DNA of 49,421 nucleotides from NCBI GenBank assembly GCA_002422995.1, contig DIUK01000096.1, positions 1 to 49,421 of the forward strand, given 5' to 3'. Shown here in pieces: positions 9,418 to 19,513 of the stretch (the stretch's first letter is position 1; each line of letters starts with the position of its first letter). The notes under the pieces were generated by a model, which saw nothing but the letters and a program-made list of their open reading frames with translations, ran no database searches and had not been told where the DNA came from. Position numbers and translations under genes: made by a program. The stretch comes from Rhodocyclaceae bacterium UBA6160. GTDB taxonomy: Bacteria > Pseudomonadota > Gammaproteobacteria > Burkholderiales > Rhodocyclaceae.

Positions 9418-10484
9418 CGAAGGTAAATAGCGTTTTACCGTTGCCCCATGCGTTGTCCATCGGTCAATTAGAGAATGATTCGGATGTGGTCGCCAAATGG
9501 GAAGCTTATGTCACAGCAGCACCGAATGCGACATTTTTCCATCGGGCAGGTTGGCAAAATATTCTGCAACGAGTGTTTGGTCACCGGACCTTTTTTCTTT
9601 ATGCCATGCGGCAAGGTGTTATCGAAGGGGTGCTTCCGCTCGCGCAAATTAAAAGCAGGTTATTTGGCAACTCGTTAACCTCACTTCCTTTTGCTGTCTA
9701 TGGCGGTGTAGTCGCGGATAACGATGCAGCAGCCGCAATGCTTGAAAACGCAGCCGAGAAGCTCGCACTTGAATTAGGCGTAGCGCATCTTGAATACCGG
9801 AACCTGCACGCGCACCATACTGATTGGCCAACGCAGGATTTGTATGTCACTTTTCGGAAAGAAATTTTTGCCGAAGAAGAAGCCAATATGCTGGCGATTC
9901 CGCGCAAGCAGCGGGCGATGGTGCGCAAAGGGATAAATTATCAATTGCGAGCAGAGTTTGATTCAACAGCCGACCGGTTTTTTTCGCTGTTTGCCGATAA
10001 TGTGCACCGACATGGCACGCCTGCCTTACCCAAAAAATACTTTCAGGCGCTGTTAAATGAGTTTGGCAAAGATTGCGAAATACTGACTGTAGTTTCACCC
10101 GATGGCAATCCGTTGAGCAGTGTGTTGAGTTTTTATTTTCGCGATGAAATTTTGCCCTATTACGCTGGGGATGCAATCGCTGCGCGTGATTTTGCAGCAA
10201 ATGATTTCAAATACTGGGCATTAATGTGCCATGCGGCAAAGCGGGGCATCAAGGTGTTTGATTACGGACGCAGCAAAGTCGGCACGGGCCCGTATTCTTT
10301 CAAGAAAAATTGGGGCTTTGAGCCGCAACCTTTGTATTACGAATATCGACTCTATCAACGAGAGAGTATTCCGCAAAATAATCCCAACAACCCAAAATAC
10401 AAGCTGATGATCAACTTGTGGCGCCGACTGCCACTGCCAGTTGCAAATTTTTTAGGTCCGTTTATTGTACGGAATCTAGGCTAA
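9414..10484 (+). CDS. FemAB-related protein, XrtA/PEP-CTERM system-associated
   Basis: ATFFHRAGW, SLPFAVYGG, IPRKQRAMVRKG, FDYGRSKVGTG and FKKNWGFEP. The ATG at 9414 overlaps the upstream stop. Confidence 0.92.
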   Translation: MTKVNSVLPLPHALSIGQLENDSDVVAKWEAYVTAAPNATFFHRAGWQNILQRVFGHRTFFLYAMRQGVIEGVLPLAQIKSRLFGNSLTSLPFAVYGGVVADNDAAAAMLENAAEKLALELGVAHLEYRNLHAHHTDWPTQDLYVTFRKEIFAEEEANMLAIPRKQRAMVRKGINYQLRAEFDSTADRFFSLFADNVHRHGTPALPKKYFQALLNEFGKDCEILTVVSPDGNPLSSVLSFYFRDEILPYYAGDAIAARDFAANDFKYWALMCHAAKRGIKVFDYGRSKVGTGPYSFKKNWGFEPQPLYYEYRLYQRESIPQNNPNNPKYKLMINLWRRLPLPVANFLGPFIVRNLG

Positions 10485-10510
10485 GTTACTAAGACACGAG
10501 CGAATTGCCT

Positions 10511-11722
10511 ATGGCCAAGCTGCTTTATCTCGTGCATCGCCTACCGTATCCGCCGAATAAGGGCGATAAAGTACGTTCTTACAATCTGCTCAAACATCTA
10601 TCGCAGTGCCACCAGATTTACCTGGGGACCTTTATTGATGATCCTGCAGACGCACCTTATCTTGAAAAAGTGCGCAGCTTGTGCACCGAAATGTATATCG
10701 GTCGTCTTTCGCCATCACTGGCTAAGCTGCGCAGCTTGGTGGGGTTGTTCACAGGCGAGGCGCTCTCGCTGCCTTATTATCGGGATAAAGGATTGCGCGA
10801 CTGGATTAAAGCCGTCCGTATGCGCGAGCCGATTGACGGTGCGGTTGTTTTTTCATCTGTCATGGCGGATTACATTCCAGATATGCAACAGCTGCCAACC
10901 TTGGTCGATTTTGTTGATATGGATTCGGCAAAATGGACGCAATATGCCACTACGCACCGCTGGCCAATGTCGTCGATTTATCGACGTGAAGGCCGAAAGT
11001 TGCTGCAATTTGAACGTGCTGTCGCACAGCGGTCACGGCGTTCTTTTTTTGTGACAGCGGCTGAGACCGCTTTATTTGTTCAGGCCGCGCCTGAGAGTAT
11101 TGATCGTGTAGAAGCGATGAGCAATGGCGTTGATGCCGATTTTTTTTCACCAGCGCATCAGTTTCCCTCACCGTATCCTGCACATGAAATACCGATTGTT
11201 TTTACTGGCGCGATGGATTATTGGCCGAATATCGATGCTGCATTATGGTTTGCAACCTCCATATTGCCAACCTTAAAGCAGCAGCATCCTGCGCTAAGGT
11301 TCTACGTTGTCGGTCGCAGTCCGGATGCTTCCATCATATCGCTTGCAACTGACCCAACTGCAGGTATCGTGGTCACGGGCACGGTAGACGATGTACGGCC
11401 TTATATTGCTCATGCGGCGCTCATTGTGGCGCCTTTGCGTATTGCGCGGGGCATTCAAAACAAAGTGCTTGAAGCCATGGCCATGGCTAAAGCCGTAGTT
11501 GCTTCATCCACCTGTGCCGAGCCGATTGACGCACAGCATGGCACAGACATACTCTGCGCAACCCATGCGGAAGATTACGTAAAAGAAATCAGCCGACTGC
11601 TAGCCGCACCTGTCTTGGCTAGTCAGATTGGCATGGCTGCGCGCGCCAAGGTTGTCAGTCAGTATAGTTGGCATGCTCATTTGTCAAAGATAGATCGTTA
11701 TATTGAGGAGGCTATGAAATGA
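10511..11722 (+). CDS. GT4 sugar transferase, PEP-CTERM/XrtA system-associated (TIGR03087-like)
   Basis: LVHRLPYPPNKGDKVRS, DFVDMDSAKW, FTGAMDYWPN and RGIQNKVLEAMA. Confidence 0.92.
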   Translation: MAKLLYLVHRLPYPPNKGDKVRSYNLLKHLSQCHQIYLGTFIDDPADAPYLEKVRSLCTEMYIGRLSPSLAKLRSLVGLFTGEALSLPYYRDKGLRDWIKAVRMREPIDGAVVFSSVMADYIPDMQQLPTLVDFVDMDSAKWTQYATTHRWPMSSIYRREGRKLLQFERAVAQRSRRSFFVTAAETALFVQAAPESIDRVEAMSNGVDADFFSPAHQFPSPYPAHEIPIVFTGAMDYWPNIDAALWFATSILPTLKQQHPALRFYVVGRSPDASIISLATDPTAGIVVTGTVDDVRPYIAHAALIVAPLRIARGIQNKVLEAMAMAKAVVASSTCAEPIDAQHGTDILCATHAEDYVKEISRLLAAPVLASQIGMAARAKVVSQYSWHAHLSKIDRYIEEAMK

Positions 11723-13326
11723 GCATAAAAGCTGTTGCTGCTCGTATAAACGCCGTCTTGCCAGCGCCGACTTTATCCTGGCATTTTGCAACGCTTGCTA
11801 TTACTTTTGCCGTGCTCGGTCTGGCAGCAATTTACGCAGATACCGTGCAGGGCATGGTATCGATCTGGTGGCGGTCAGAGACATTTACCCACGCGTTTTT
11901 GGTTGCCCCCATCAGCCTGTGGTTGATATGGGAAAAACGTGCAGTATTAGCACGCTACCAACCGCGTCCCGCTTTATGGCTTGCTTTGCCTTTGGCAGCA
12001 TTGGGGTTTGGCTGGCTCCTGGGTGAGCTAGCTGCAGTCAATGCCGTCACCCAGCTTGCTTGGGTGGCGATGGTTATTTTGACGGTGCCACTGATTATCG
12101 GTATACCTGCCGCGCGGCAAATTACCTTTCCGCTGCTCTTTTTATTGTTTGCCGTACCCATTGGTGAATTTGTTATGCCCAAGTTCATGGAATGGACAGC
12201 CACCATGACAGTTTTTGGCTTGCGTGCATCCGGTATTCCGGTTTATCAAGAAGGCTTGCAGTTTGTGATTCCTTCGGGGCGCTGGTCTGTGGTTGAAGCT
12301 TGTAGCGGTGTGCGCTATTTGATTGCCTCGCTTACCGTAGGCACTTTATTTGCCTACCTCAATTATCAATCGACCAAGCGGCGCCTGATTTTTATTCTGA
12401 TTTCTTTACTCGTCCCTATCGTAGCAAACTGGGTACGTGCTTATATCATTGTGATGCTGGGACACTTATCGGGGAATGAGCTTGCTGCAGGCGCTGACCA
12501 TCTGATCTATGGCTGGGCCTTTTTTGGTGTAGTGATTATGATTATGTTTGCTATTGGCATGCGTTGGCGTGAAGATGAAAATCAAGCGTTGCCTGTCAGC
12601 CCCTCCAAGGCTAGCGATGCGTCAGCCACACAACAAAAAAGTCAGTCAGTTGCAAGGCGCATTGTGTCACCGATCATGCTGGCTGCTTTTGTTTTAGCGA
12701 TTGCGCTATTACCTTATGGCGCTTTAAAGTTAGTGGAGGCACAAAATAGCCTAACAGTACCCACGCTCTCACTTAAGCCATTAGCGATAGCTGGTTGGCG
12801 AGAAGCAGCGACTGACTTGCCGGCATGGCAGCCGTCATTTCCTAACCCGTCGCTGAAAGAAATGGCCACTTTCAGCAAAGCGTCGCATCAAGTCAGTGTG
12901 CAAGTTTTTTATTACAGACAACAGGGTTACGATAGGAAGCTGATTAGTTCAGAAAATACGCTAGTAAAAAGCAGTGACACTGCCTGGTTAACCATTGCGC
13001 GCGGTGTTCAGGAAGTAAAAATTGCAGGTCAGTCGTTCGTCGCTAAAAGCGCAATTTTGCAGCAGCAAAGTGCGCTTGGCTCATCACCCATGCAATTCCG
13101 CGTAGTGCATTGGTACTGGATTGATGGCAGATATGTGAGTAATGATCATCTAGGCAAGCTGTGGCTGGCGTGGGCCAAGTTGCGTGGCCGAGGCGATGAT
13201 GCAGCGGCTATTTTTGTGTATTCAAAAGTAGGCGCTTTGGATGAGCAGACAGCGCTCAATGGTTTCATTGCAGATACTGGGCGTGCCTTAGCGGATTTGT
13301 TAGCGCAAACCCGGCATGTTCGTTAA
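11719..13326 (+). CDS. xrtA: Exosortase A (EpsH domain fused to EpsI-like periplasmic domain)
   Basis: Catalytic triad motifs VVEACSGVRY (Cys), VANWVR (Arg) and ADHLIYGW (His). Multiple TMs followed by an EpsI-like domain (KLISSEN, HWYWIDG, GRGDDAA). Confidence 0.95.
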   Translation: MSIKAVAARINAVLPAPTLSWHFATLAITFAVLGLAAIYADTVQGMVSIWWRSETFTHAFLVAPISLWLIWEKRAVLARYQPRPALWLALPLAALGFGWLLGELAAVNAVTQLAWVAMVILTVPLIIGIPAARQITFPLLFLLFAVPIGEFVMPKFMEWTATMTVFGLRASGIPVYQEGLQFVIPSGRWSVVEACSGVRYLIASLTVGTLFAYLNYQSTKRRLIFILISLLVPIVANWVRAYIIVMLGHLSGNELAAGADHLIYGWAFFGVVIMIMFAIGMRWREDENQALPVSPSKASDASATQQKSQSVARRIVSPIMLAAFVLAIALLPYGALKLVEAQNSLTVPTLSLKPLAIAGWREAATDLPAWQPSFPNPSLKEMATFSKASHQVSVQVFYYRQQGYDRKLISSENTLVKSSDTAWLTIARGVQEVKIAGQSFVAKSAILQQQSALGSSPMQFRVVHWYWIDGRYVSNDHLGKLWLAWAKLRGRGDDAAAIFVYSKVGALDEQTALNGFIADTGRALADLLAQTRHVR

Positions 13327-13433
13327 GCGAGAAGATAGGCAAGCATGCTATCCGTCCACGCATCAGTTCACATTCAGGCTCTAAATCAATCAAGAGTAAT
13401 TGATTTGATCTACCCATTTTTTAAGTTGATGAC

Positions 13434-14615
13434 ATGAAAATTCTGTATCACCATCGCACCGCTTCGAAAGATGGCCAAGCCGTCCATATTGAAGAAATGA
13501 TCAATGCAATGCGTGCTCAAGGCCATGAAGTGCGCGTGGTTTCACCCGCACCCGATCATGCCAGTCACGCAGGGCAAATGGGCAATAAAGTCAGCTGGGT
13601 ACATCGTTTGCGGAATTTTTTGCCCAAAGCGCTGTATGAGCTCTTGGAGCTGGCTTATAGCCTGGTGGCTTATCGACGTTTAGCGCGTATGGCCAGAGAT
13701 TTTCAGCCAGATGTAATTTACGAGCGCTACAACCTTTATCTGCTTGCAGGTGTCATGCTTAAACGGCGGCAAGGCATCCCGTTGCTTCTTGAAGTCAATG
13801 CGCCGTTGGTCTTTGAACGCTCTCAGCATAGCGGTGGTTTGGCTTTACCGCGCCTGGCGCGGTGGGCTGAAGGATGGGCCTGGCGCAGTGCAGATTATGT
13901 GTTGCCTGTCACGCACGTGTTAGCCAGCCACGTGAAAGCCTATGGCGTACCTGATACACGTATCGCCGTGATTGCCAATGGCATTAACCGCGCGCATTTC
14001 GCCGTCTCACCAGCGCCGACTTTTGCCAAAGAACAGCATGGCCTTGTTGGCAAACTTGTGCTGGGTTTTACTGGCTTCGTGCGTGAATGGCATGGAGTGG
14101 ATCGCGTGGTTCGCTGGATGGCAACGCCTGCAGCGCCCAGCCATTTACACTTGGTCATTGTCGGCGATGGGCCAGTGCGGGCTGACTTGGAAGCGCTGGC
14201 AAAGCAGCTTGACATCAGCGATCGCGTGCGCTTTACCGGCGTGATCCATCGCGATAAAGTACCTGACTGGGTGTCAGCCTTTGACATCGCCTTGCAACCG
14301 GCCGTCGTCCCTTACGCCTCGCCCTTGAAGTTAATGGAATATCTTGTGCTGGGTAAAGCCATCATTGCGCCGCGCACGCCGAACTTGCTGGAAGTGTTAA
14401 CGGACGGTGACAATGCGCTTATGTTTGATGCAGAAGAACCGATGGGTTTCGAGCAAGCCTTGAGCCGTTTATGCACTGACGAATTATTGCGTCAAAAACT
14501 TGGGGCAGGTGCGCATGCCACCATAGCAAAACTTGATTTAACCTGGGATGGCAATGCACAACGCGTGGTAAACCTGGCCCGGCAAGCGATCACCGCATCT
14601 GCAGCCGCAAGATGA
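13434..14615 (+). CDS. Glycosyltransferase family 4
   Basis: MKILYHHRTASKDGQAVHI, IYERY, GFTGFVREWHG and YASPLKLMEY. Confidence 0.9.
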   Translation: MKILYHHRTASKDGQAVHIEEMINAMRAQGHEVRVVSPAPDHASHAGQMGNKVSWVHRLRNFLPKALYELLELAYSLVAYRRLARMARDFQPDVIYERYNLYLLAGVMLKRRQGIPLLLEVNAPLVFERSQHSGGLALPRLARWAEGWAWRSADYVLPVTHVLASHVKAYGVPDTRIAVIANGINRAHFAVSPAPTFAKEQHGLVGKLVLGFTGFVREWHGVDRVVRWMATPAAPSHLHLVIVGDGPVRADLEALAKQLDISDRVRFTGVIHRDKVPDWVSAFDIALQPAVVPYASPLKLMEYLVLGKAIIAPRTPNLLEVLTDGDNALMFDAEEPMGFEQALSRLCTDELLRQKLGAGAHATIAKLDLTWDGNAQRVVNLARQAITASAAAR

Positions 14616-14631
14616 TTCAGACTGATTGACT

Positions 14632-15795
14632 ATGTCAGGGAAATTGCCTCTTCATATCGTACATCTGGTGTATCGGTTTTCCACTGGCGGGTTGGAAAAT
14701 GTCATTGTCCAGCTGGTCAATGGCCTGCCATCAACACAGTTTCGCCATACTGTCGTAGCGATTAGTGACGTAGACGCGACATTTGCCAAGCGCATCACGC
14801 AGCCGAATGTCGAGGTCATTGCGCTGCATAAGCCACCCGGCCAGCCGTTCAGGTTGTATCCCAAAATGTATCGCTTGCTGCGCCGTCTGCAAGCCGACGT
14901 GCTGCACAGTTGCAATCTCGCCGCCATGGAATTTGCTCCGATAGCCGCACTCGCTCGCGTGCCTTTGCGCGTGCATGCAGAGCACGGCTGGGACGTGGGC
15001 GAATTGGATGGCCATAACCGGCGCTACCGGTTTTTGCGGCAACTACTTAAACCTTTTGTGCATGAATTTATCGCCGTGGCCGAGCCGCAAAGACGCTATT
15101 TGCAAAACAGTATTGGCGTCGCATCAAAACATCTGCATGTCATTCCAAACGGCGTGGATACCGAGCGTTTTCACCCACGTCGCGATGATGATGCGTTACC
15201 CGCAGGCTTTCCATTTCAGCGCGGCAAGCATTGGGTGATCGGTACTATTGGCCGTCAGGCCGCCGTGAAAAATCCGCTACTGTTAGTGGATAGTTTTATC
15301 CAGATCATCCAGTCCCAAGCACCCGACACCCACACCTTGCGCCTCGTGATGGTGGGTGACGGCCCCTTGCATGCATCCATCGTACAACGCATTGCCGAAG
15401 CTAACGTAGCCGACAAAGTGTGGCTAGCCGGTGTGCGCGCCGATATTCCTGAATTGCTGCGTGCGATGGATTGCTTTGTGTTGCCATCCTTGTCGGAAGC
15501 CACCTCATGCACATTGCAAGAAGCAATGGCCACTGCACTACCCATCATCGCTACGCAAGTGGGCGGCAATGCTGCGTTGCTGGACGATGGCCGCTATGGC
15601 AGCCTGGTGCCGTCAGAAAATGTCACGGCGCTGGCGGCCGAAATGCTCAAACAATATGGCTTGCGTGAAAAACAGGCTAATCTGGCCGCAAGAGAATCTA
15701 TTGTTGAACAGTATGGGTTGTCCGCCGTATTGGCGCGTTATGACAACGTGTTTAGCCGTGCCCTATCGCCGGCGCAACGTGCGCATTTAGCTTAA
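14632..15795 (+). CDS. GT4 sugar transferase, PEP-CTERM/XrtA system-associated (TIGR03088-like)
   Basis: HLVYRFSTGGLENVIVQLVN, HAEHGWD, NGVDTERF and FVLPSLSEATSCTLQEAMA. Confidence 0.88.
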   Translation: MSGKLPLHIVHLVYRFSTGGLENVIVQLVNGLPSTQFRHTVVAISDVDATFAKRITQPNVEVIALHKPPGQPFRLYPKMYRLLRRLQADVLHSCNLAAMEFAPIAALARVPLRVHAEHGWDVGELDGHNRRYRFLRQLLKPFVHEFIAVAEPQRRYLQNSIGVASKHLHVIPNGVDTERFHPRRDDDALPAGFPFQRGKHWVIGTIGRQAAVKNPLLLVDSFIQIIQSQAPDTHTLRLVMVGDGPLHASIVQRIAEANVADKVWLAGVRADIPELLRAMDCFVLPSLSEATSCTLQEAMATALPIIATQVGGNAALLDDGRYGSLVPSENVTALAAEMLKQYGLREKQANLAARESIVEQYGLSAVLARYDNVFSRALSPAQRAHLA

Positions 15796-15809
15796 AAGGA
15801 AGCGTCACA

Positions 15810-16997
15810 GTGAAACGCCTAAAAATTCTGATGCTGACCCGGCTTTTTCCTAGCCATGCTTTCCCTGCCTTTGGCACGTTCTGTATCGAACGCGCCAAAG
15901 CCTTGGCCGCTCATGCAGAGGTGCGCGTCATGGTGCCCACGCCTTATTACCCCCAATGGCTGCCTGGCAAAGAAGACTGGAAAAAATGGACCCGTGTTGA
16001 GCGCCAAGGCACAGTAGAAGGCAATATCCATGTCACCTATCCGCGCTATGCCTCCGTGCCAGGCACAGCCACCTGGTTGCAGGGTGTCACCATGGCGCAC
16101 AGCGCGCGTCGCGATCTTGAATCAAGCTATGGCGATTGGCGGCCCGATGTGATTGATGGCCATTTTGCTTTTCCCGATGGTTATGCGGCAGTTCAACTAG
16201 GGCGCAGCATCGGCGCGCCTGTGGTGGTGACCTGCCACGGCTCGGATCTGCGCCAATACCCGGATATCCCCGTAGCAGGCACTATGACGCGCTGGACATT
16301 GCGTCATGCCGATCGCGTTATTTCAGTCAGCTCCGATTTAATGCGCCGTAGCATTGAGTTAGGTTGCCCAACGGAAAGGGCGGTCTTTCTAACCAATGGC
16401 GTTGACCCGTCAAAATTTTCAGTTCGACCTCAACAGGCATGTCGCACCCAGCTGGGTTTGCCTTTAGATAGAAAAATAGGCGTGTATGTCGGTTTTTTGA
16501 TCGACCGTAAAGATCAATCGCTGATTTTGCATGCCTTGGTTGAGATCAGAAAACAAGGTGCAGAAGTTCCTCTTGTCGTGTTGGTCGGCGATGGCCCTAA
16601 CCGGCAAAAGCTGGAAAATGAAGTGGTATCGCTAGGGCTGCAAAATGATGTCATGCTCGTAGGCCAGCAGCGGCATGATGAAGTCGCCCAATGGATGGGG
16701 GCTGCCGACTGGCTGCTTTTGTCGAGTAGTTCCGAGGGCTGGGCAACGGTTTACTTCGAAGCAATGGCATGTGGCCGGCCAGTAATTACATCAAACGTGA
16801 GCTCGGCCAAGGATGCCATTCATCAACCCGCGTATGGCAGCGTTGTTGAGCCGCGCACTGCAGTGGCTTTTGCAGCCGCCATGCAAGCCGCCATGCAAAC
16901 AAGATTTGATGAAAATATCATTCGAGCATACGCCGAACAAAATAGCTGGGATAAATGGGCTGATAATGCAATGCGCTTGTTTGTCAGCCTGGCTTGA
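15810..16997 (+). CDS. Glycosyltransferase family 4 (TuaC-like)
   Basis: GHFAFPDG, TCHGSDL, NGVD and SSSEGWATVYFEAMACG. AAAGGA RBS before the GTG start. Confidence 0.88.
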   Translation: MKRLKILMLTRLFPSHAFPAFGTFCIERAKALAAHAEVRVMVPTPYYPQWLPGKEDWKKWTRVERQGTVEGNIHVTYPRYASVPGTATWLQGVTMAHSARRDLESSYGDWRPDVIDGHFAFPDGYAAVQLGRSIGAPVVVTCHGSDLRQYPDIPVAGTMTRWTLRHADRVISVSSDLMRRSIELGCPTERAVFLTNGVDPSKFSVRPQQACRTQLGLPLDRKIGVYVGFLIDRKDQSLILHALVEIRKQGAEVPLVVLVGDGPNRQKLENEVVSLGLQNDVMLVGQQRHDEVAQWMGAADWLLLSSSSEGWATVYFEAMACGRPVITSNVSSAKDAIHQPAYGSVVEPRTAVAFAAAMQAAMQTRFDENIIRAYAEQNSWDKWADNAMRLFVSLA

Positions 16998-17059
16998 ATA
17001 AAAGTGTCTGCAAGCAAATTAACCTCTGTCTCATTTGAAACAGTTTATAAGGTGTAACG

Positions 17060-17233
17060 ATGGAAGCTTTGTTGCTCACATTAGATGTCATTACCCTAAT
17101 TGCCTTATGTATTTTTGTCCTCAGGGTAGCGCGCACAGGGGATGATGCGAACATGGGCTGGCTAGGCTATTCATTGCACCGCGTAAGAAAAATCAAGAAA
17201 ACATTCGCCGATCAAGGAGATCCGCATGCGTGA
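17060..17233 (+). CDS. Small single-TM membrane protein (57 aa), absent from the ORF track
   Basis: Manual translation: MEALLLTLDVITLIALCIFVLRVARTGDDANMGWLGYSLHRVRKIKKTFADQGDPHA. TAAGGTG RBS; the stop overlaps the next start (ATGCGTGA). Confidence 0.7.
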   Translation: MEALLLTLDVITLIALCIFVLRVARTGDDANMGWLGYSLHRVRKIKKTFADQGDPHA

Positions 17234-18554
17234 CTTGATGTTCCTTGGCGGTTTTTTGGTGCTAGTGCCTTTAGCTTTTCGCAATACCTTTATTGCTTAT
17301 TTGATATGGGGTTGGACCGGGCTGATTGCTATTGATAATTACCTGTTTGGTTTTATGGCGTCAATAAAACTGAACTTCACTTTTGCGCTGATCACCTTTT
17401 TGATGATTCTGCTTAAGAAAGATACAGAGCGTGGCACGATCCCTTTTAATGCCACTGTTGTTTTGTTTATCCTGTTTTTTTTGCAAGGCAGCTTATCGGC
17501 AATTTTTGCTTATGAAGGCAATAGACTGAATTGGTTCTTGTATGACCGGTTCTGGAAAGAGATTTTGTTTGCTTTCATCATGCCCTTGGTGATTGTTAAA
17601 CGTTATCGAATTCATGCGTTTGTTTTGGTGATGTGTCTTGGCATGGGATTTCACGGCTTGATTGACGGGCTCAAGTTTTTCGCAAGTGGTGGCTCGCATC
17701 TGGTGCGAGGTTTCGTTAAATTTGGCGACAATAATCACTTTGCTGTGATGCTGGTTATGGCCATACCGCTATTGCTCTATATGAGCAGCTACGCGAAGCA
17801 TTCGCTACTCAGGCTGGGTGCCTTGGCAGCCGCAATTATCACTATTGCCGCAGTGATAGGCACCCACTCGCGTGGCGGATTTGTTGCCATGACGGCTGTT
17901 GCTCTATGGCTTGTGCTAACCAGCCGTAAAAGACTCCCGGCATTGACTGTCTTTATTGCGGGCGTTATTTTTGTCGTTGCCATTGCGCCGTCAGCGTGGA
18001 CACAGCGTATGGAAACAATCCAGGAAGCTGAACAAGACAGCTCCTTCATGACTCGTGTTGAAGCATGGCAGGTCAGTAGTGCCATTGCCCTGCATAACCC
18101 TGTTCTTGGTGGCGGTTTTCATGCTGTCGCCACACAGTCGGTTTGGGATCGTTTTAAGGGGCAAAAAGGACTGTTAGGGTTTGTTGATGTCGGTTTTGTC
18201 TCTGACGTATTTCGGGCGGCTCACAGTATTTATTTTGAAGTGCTGGGCGATATGGGCTTTCTGGGGTTTTTTATTTTTATGGCACTATTGTTGAATGCCT
18301 TGAAAAACAGTATTCAAATTAATCGCATGGCGAAACAAGGCGGTCTTGATCTGGAATGGGCTTTGGATCTCTCCAGAAGCTTGGCCGCCACGATTTTTGC
18401 ATTCATGGTCGGCGGCTTGACTGTCAGCATTGCCTATACGGAGTTTATTTATATGGCGGTGATGCTGATGGAAGTCTTGAAGCAAGAAGTTAAGCGCCAA
18501 TTGCAAGCTAAAACCTTGTCAGTCGCTACCCCGCTACCGGAAATCAACCAATGA
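17226..18554 (+). CDS. Putative O-glycosylation ligase / Wzy-like polymerase, exosortase A system-associated (TIGR03097-like)
   Basis: MRDL N-terminus, GDNNHFA, THSRGG, DSSFMTRVEAW, PVLGGGF and AAHSIYFEVLGDMG. Confidence 0.9.
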   Translation: MRDLMFLGGFLVLVPLAFRNTFIAYLIWGWTGLIAIDNYLFGFMASIKLNFTFALITFLMILLKKDTERGTIPFNATVVLFILFFLQGSLSAIFAYEGNRLNWFLYDRFWKEILFAFIMPLVIVKRYRIHAFVLVMCLGMGFHGLIDGLKFFASGGSHLVRGFVKFGDNNHFAVMLVMAIPLLLYMSSYAKHSLLRLGALAAAIITIAAVIGTHSRGGFVAMTAVALWLVLTSRKRLPALTVFIAGVIFVVAIAPSAWTQRMETIQEAEQDSSFMTRVEAWQVSSAIALHNPVLGGGFHAVATQSVWDRFKGQKGLLGFVDVGFVSDVFRAAHSIYFEVLGDMGFLGFFIFMALLLNALKNSIQINRMAKQGGLDLEWALDLSRSLAATIFAFMVGGLTVSIAYTEFIYMAVMLMEVLKQEVKRQLQAKTLSVATPLPEINQ

Positions 18555-19513
18555 GCCTGCTGCGCCAATCGCTACAATTATTTGCGCAGGGCAAGCTATC
18601 TGTATTCCTGTTTCATAAAGTGCCGCCTACTGCCGACGCTTTGATTTCCGGAGATTTGGGTCAAGCCGAGTTTGCAAACCTGCTGGACTTGATCAAGGCA
18701 AGTTTTAATGTTCTCCCTTTGAATGAAGCAGTACAGCATTTACACAGAGGAACTTTGCCCGCGCGCAGTGTTGCCATCACCTTTGATGATGGGTATCCCG
18801 AATGGCGTGAAGGCGCAGCGAGACTGCTCGAAGAGCGGTCATTACCCGCTACATTTTTCATTACAACCGGCCAGTTTTTTGGCGACCCCATGTGGAACGA
18901 GCGCCTGGCGCATATTGTGCGCTCCTGCCAGTTGCCAGTGCTTGATACCAGCACAGTACGTTTGCCGTCCTTAAGCATTCGTACCGCAGAAGAAAAAAAG
19001 CAGGCATTAGTGACATTGGAATTTCACTTCAAATATTTGCCACCGCGAATCCGCGAACAGTTTTTGCAGCAGCTAGAGCTTCAAACCGGTGTTAATGCGG
19101 CAGAGGTTTCCACCATGCCGATGGATGACCTCATCGCGATCAGTAATCGTGGCTTTGAAATTGGCGCGCATACGCTGAATCACCCGATACTGGGGCTTTG
19201 CGATGTAAAACAGGCAAGAGACGAAATTGGCCAAACGCGCGAGATTCTCGAAGGCATAATTCATAAACCGGTGACTTCATTTGCCTACCCCAATGGCAGG
19301 CCAGGGGTTGATTTTTCTCACCAGCACATTGAAATGGTCAAACAGGCAGGGTATCGCTATGCTGTTACCACGCAATGGGGTGTGGCGAACAGTAAAACCT
19401 CGCCCTATCAAATTCCGCGTTTTACCCCTTGGGGACCCTCGCGCACAAGAATGACACTACAACTTATCCGCAACTTCTACTCAACCCCTAAGCATCTGAA
19501 AGAACTTGGCTGA
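18551..19513 (+). CDS. Polysaccharide deacetylase (CE4/NodB-like)
   Basis: ITFDDGY, EIGAHTLNHPIL and FAYPNG. Confidence 0.9.
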   Translation: MSLLRQSLQLFAQGKLSVFLFHKVPPTADALISGDLGQAEFANLLDLIKASFNVLPLNEAVQHLHRGTLPARSVAITFDDGYPEWREGAARLLEERSLPATFFITTGQFFGDPMWNERLAHIVRSCQLPVLDTSTVRLPSLSIRTAEEKKQALVTLEFHFKYLPPRIREQFLQQLELQTGVNAAEVSTMPMDDLIAISNRGFEIGAHTLNHPILGLCDVKQARDEIGQTREILEGIIHKPVTSFAYPNGRPGVDFSHQHIEMVKQAGYRYAVTTQWGVANSKTSPYQIPRFTPWGPSRTRMTLQLIRNFYSTPKHLKELG

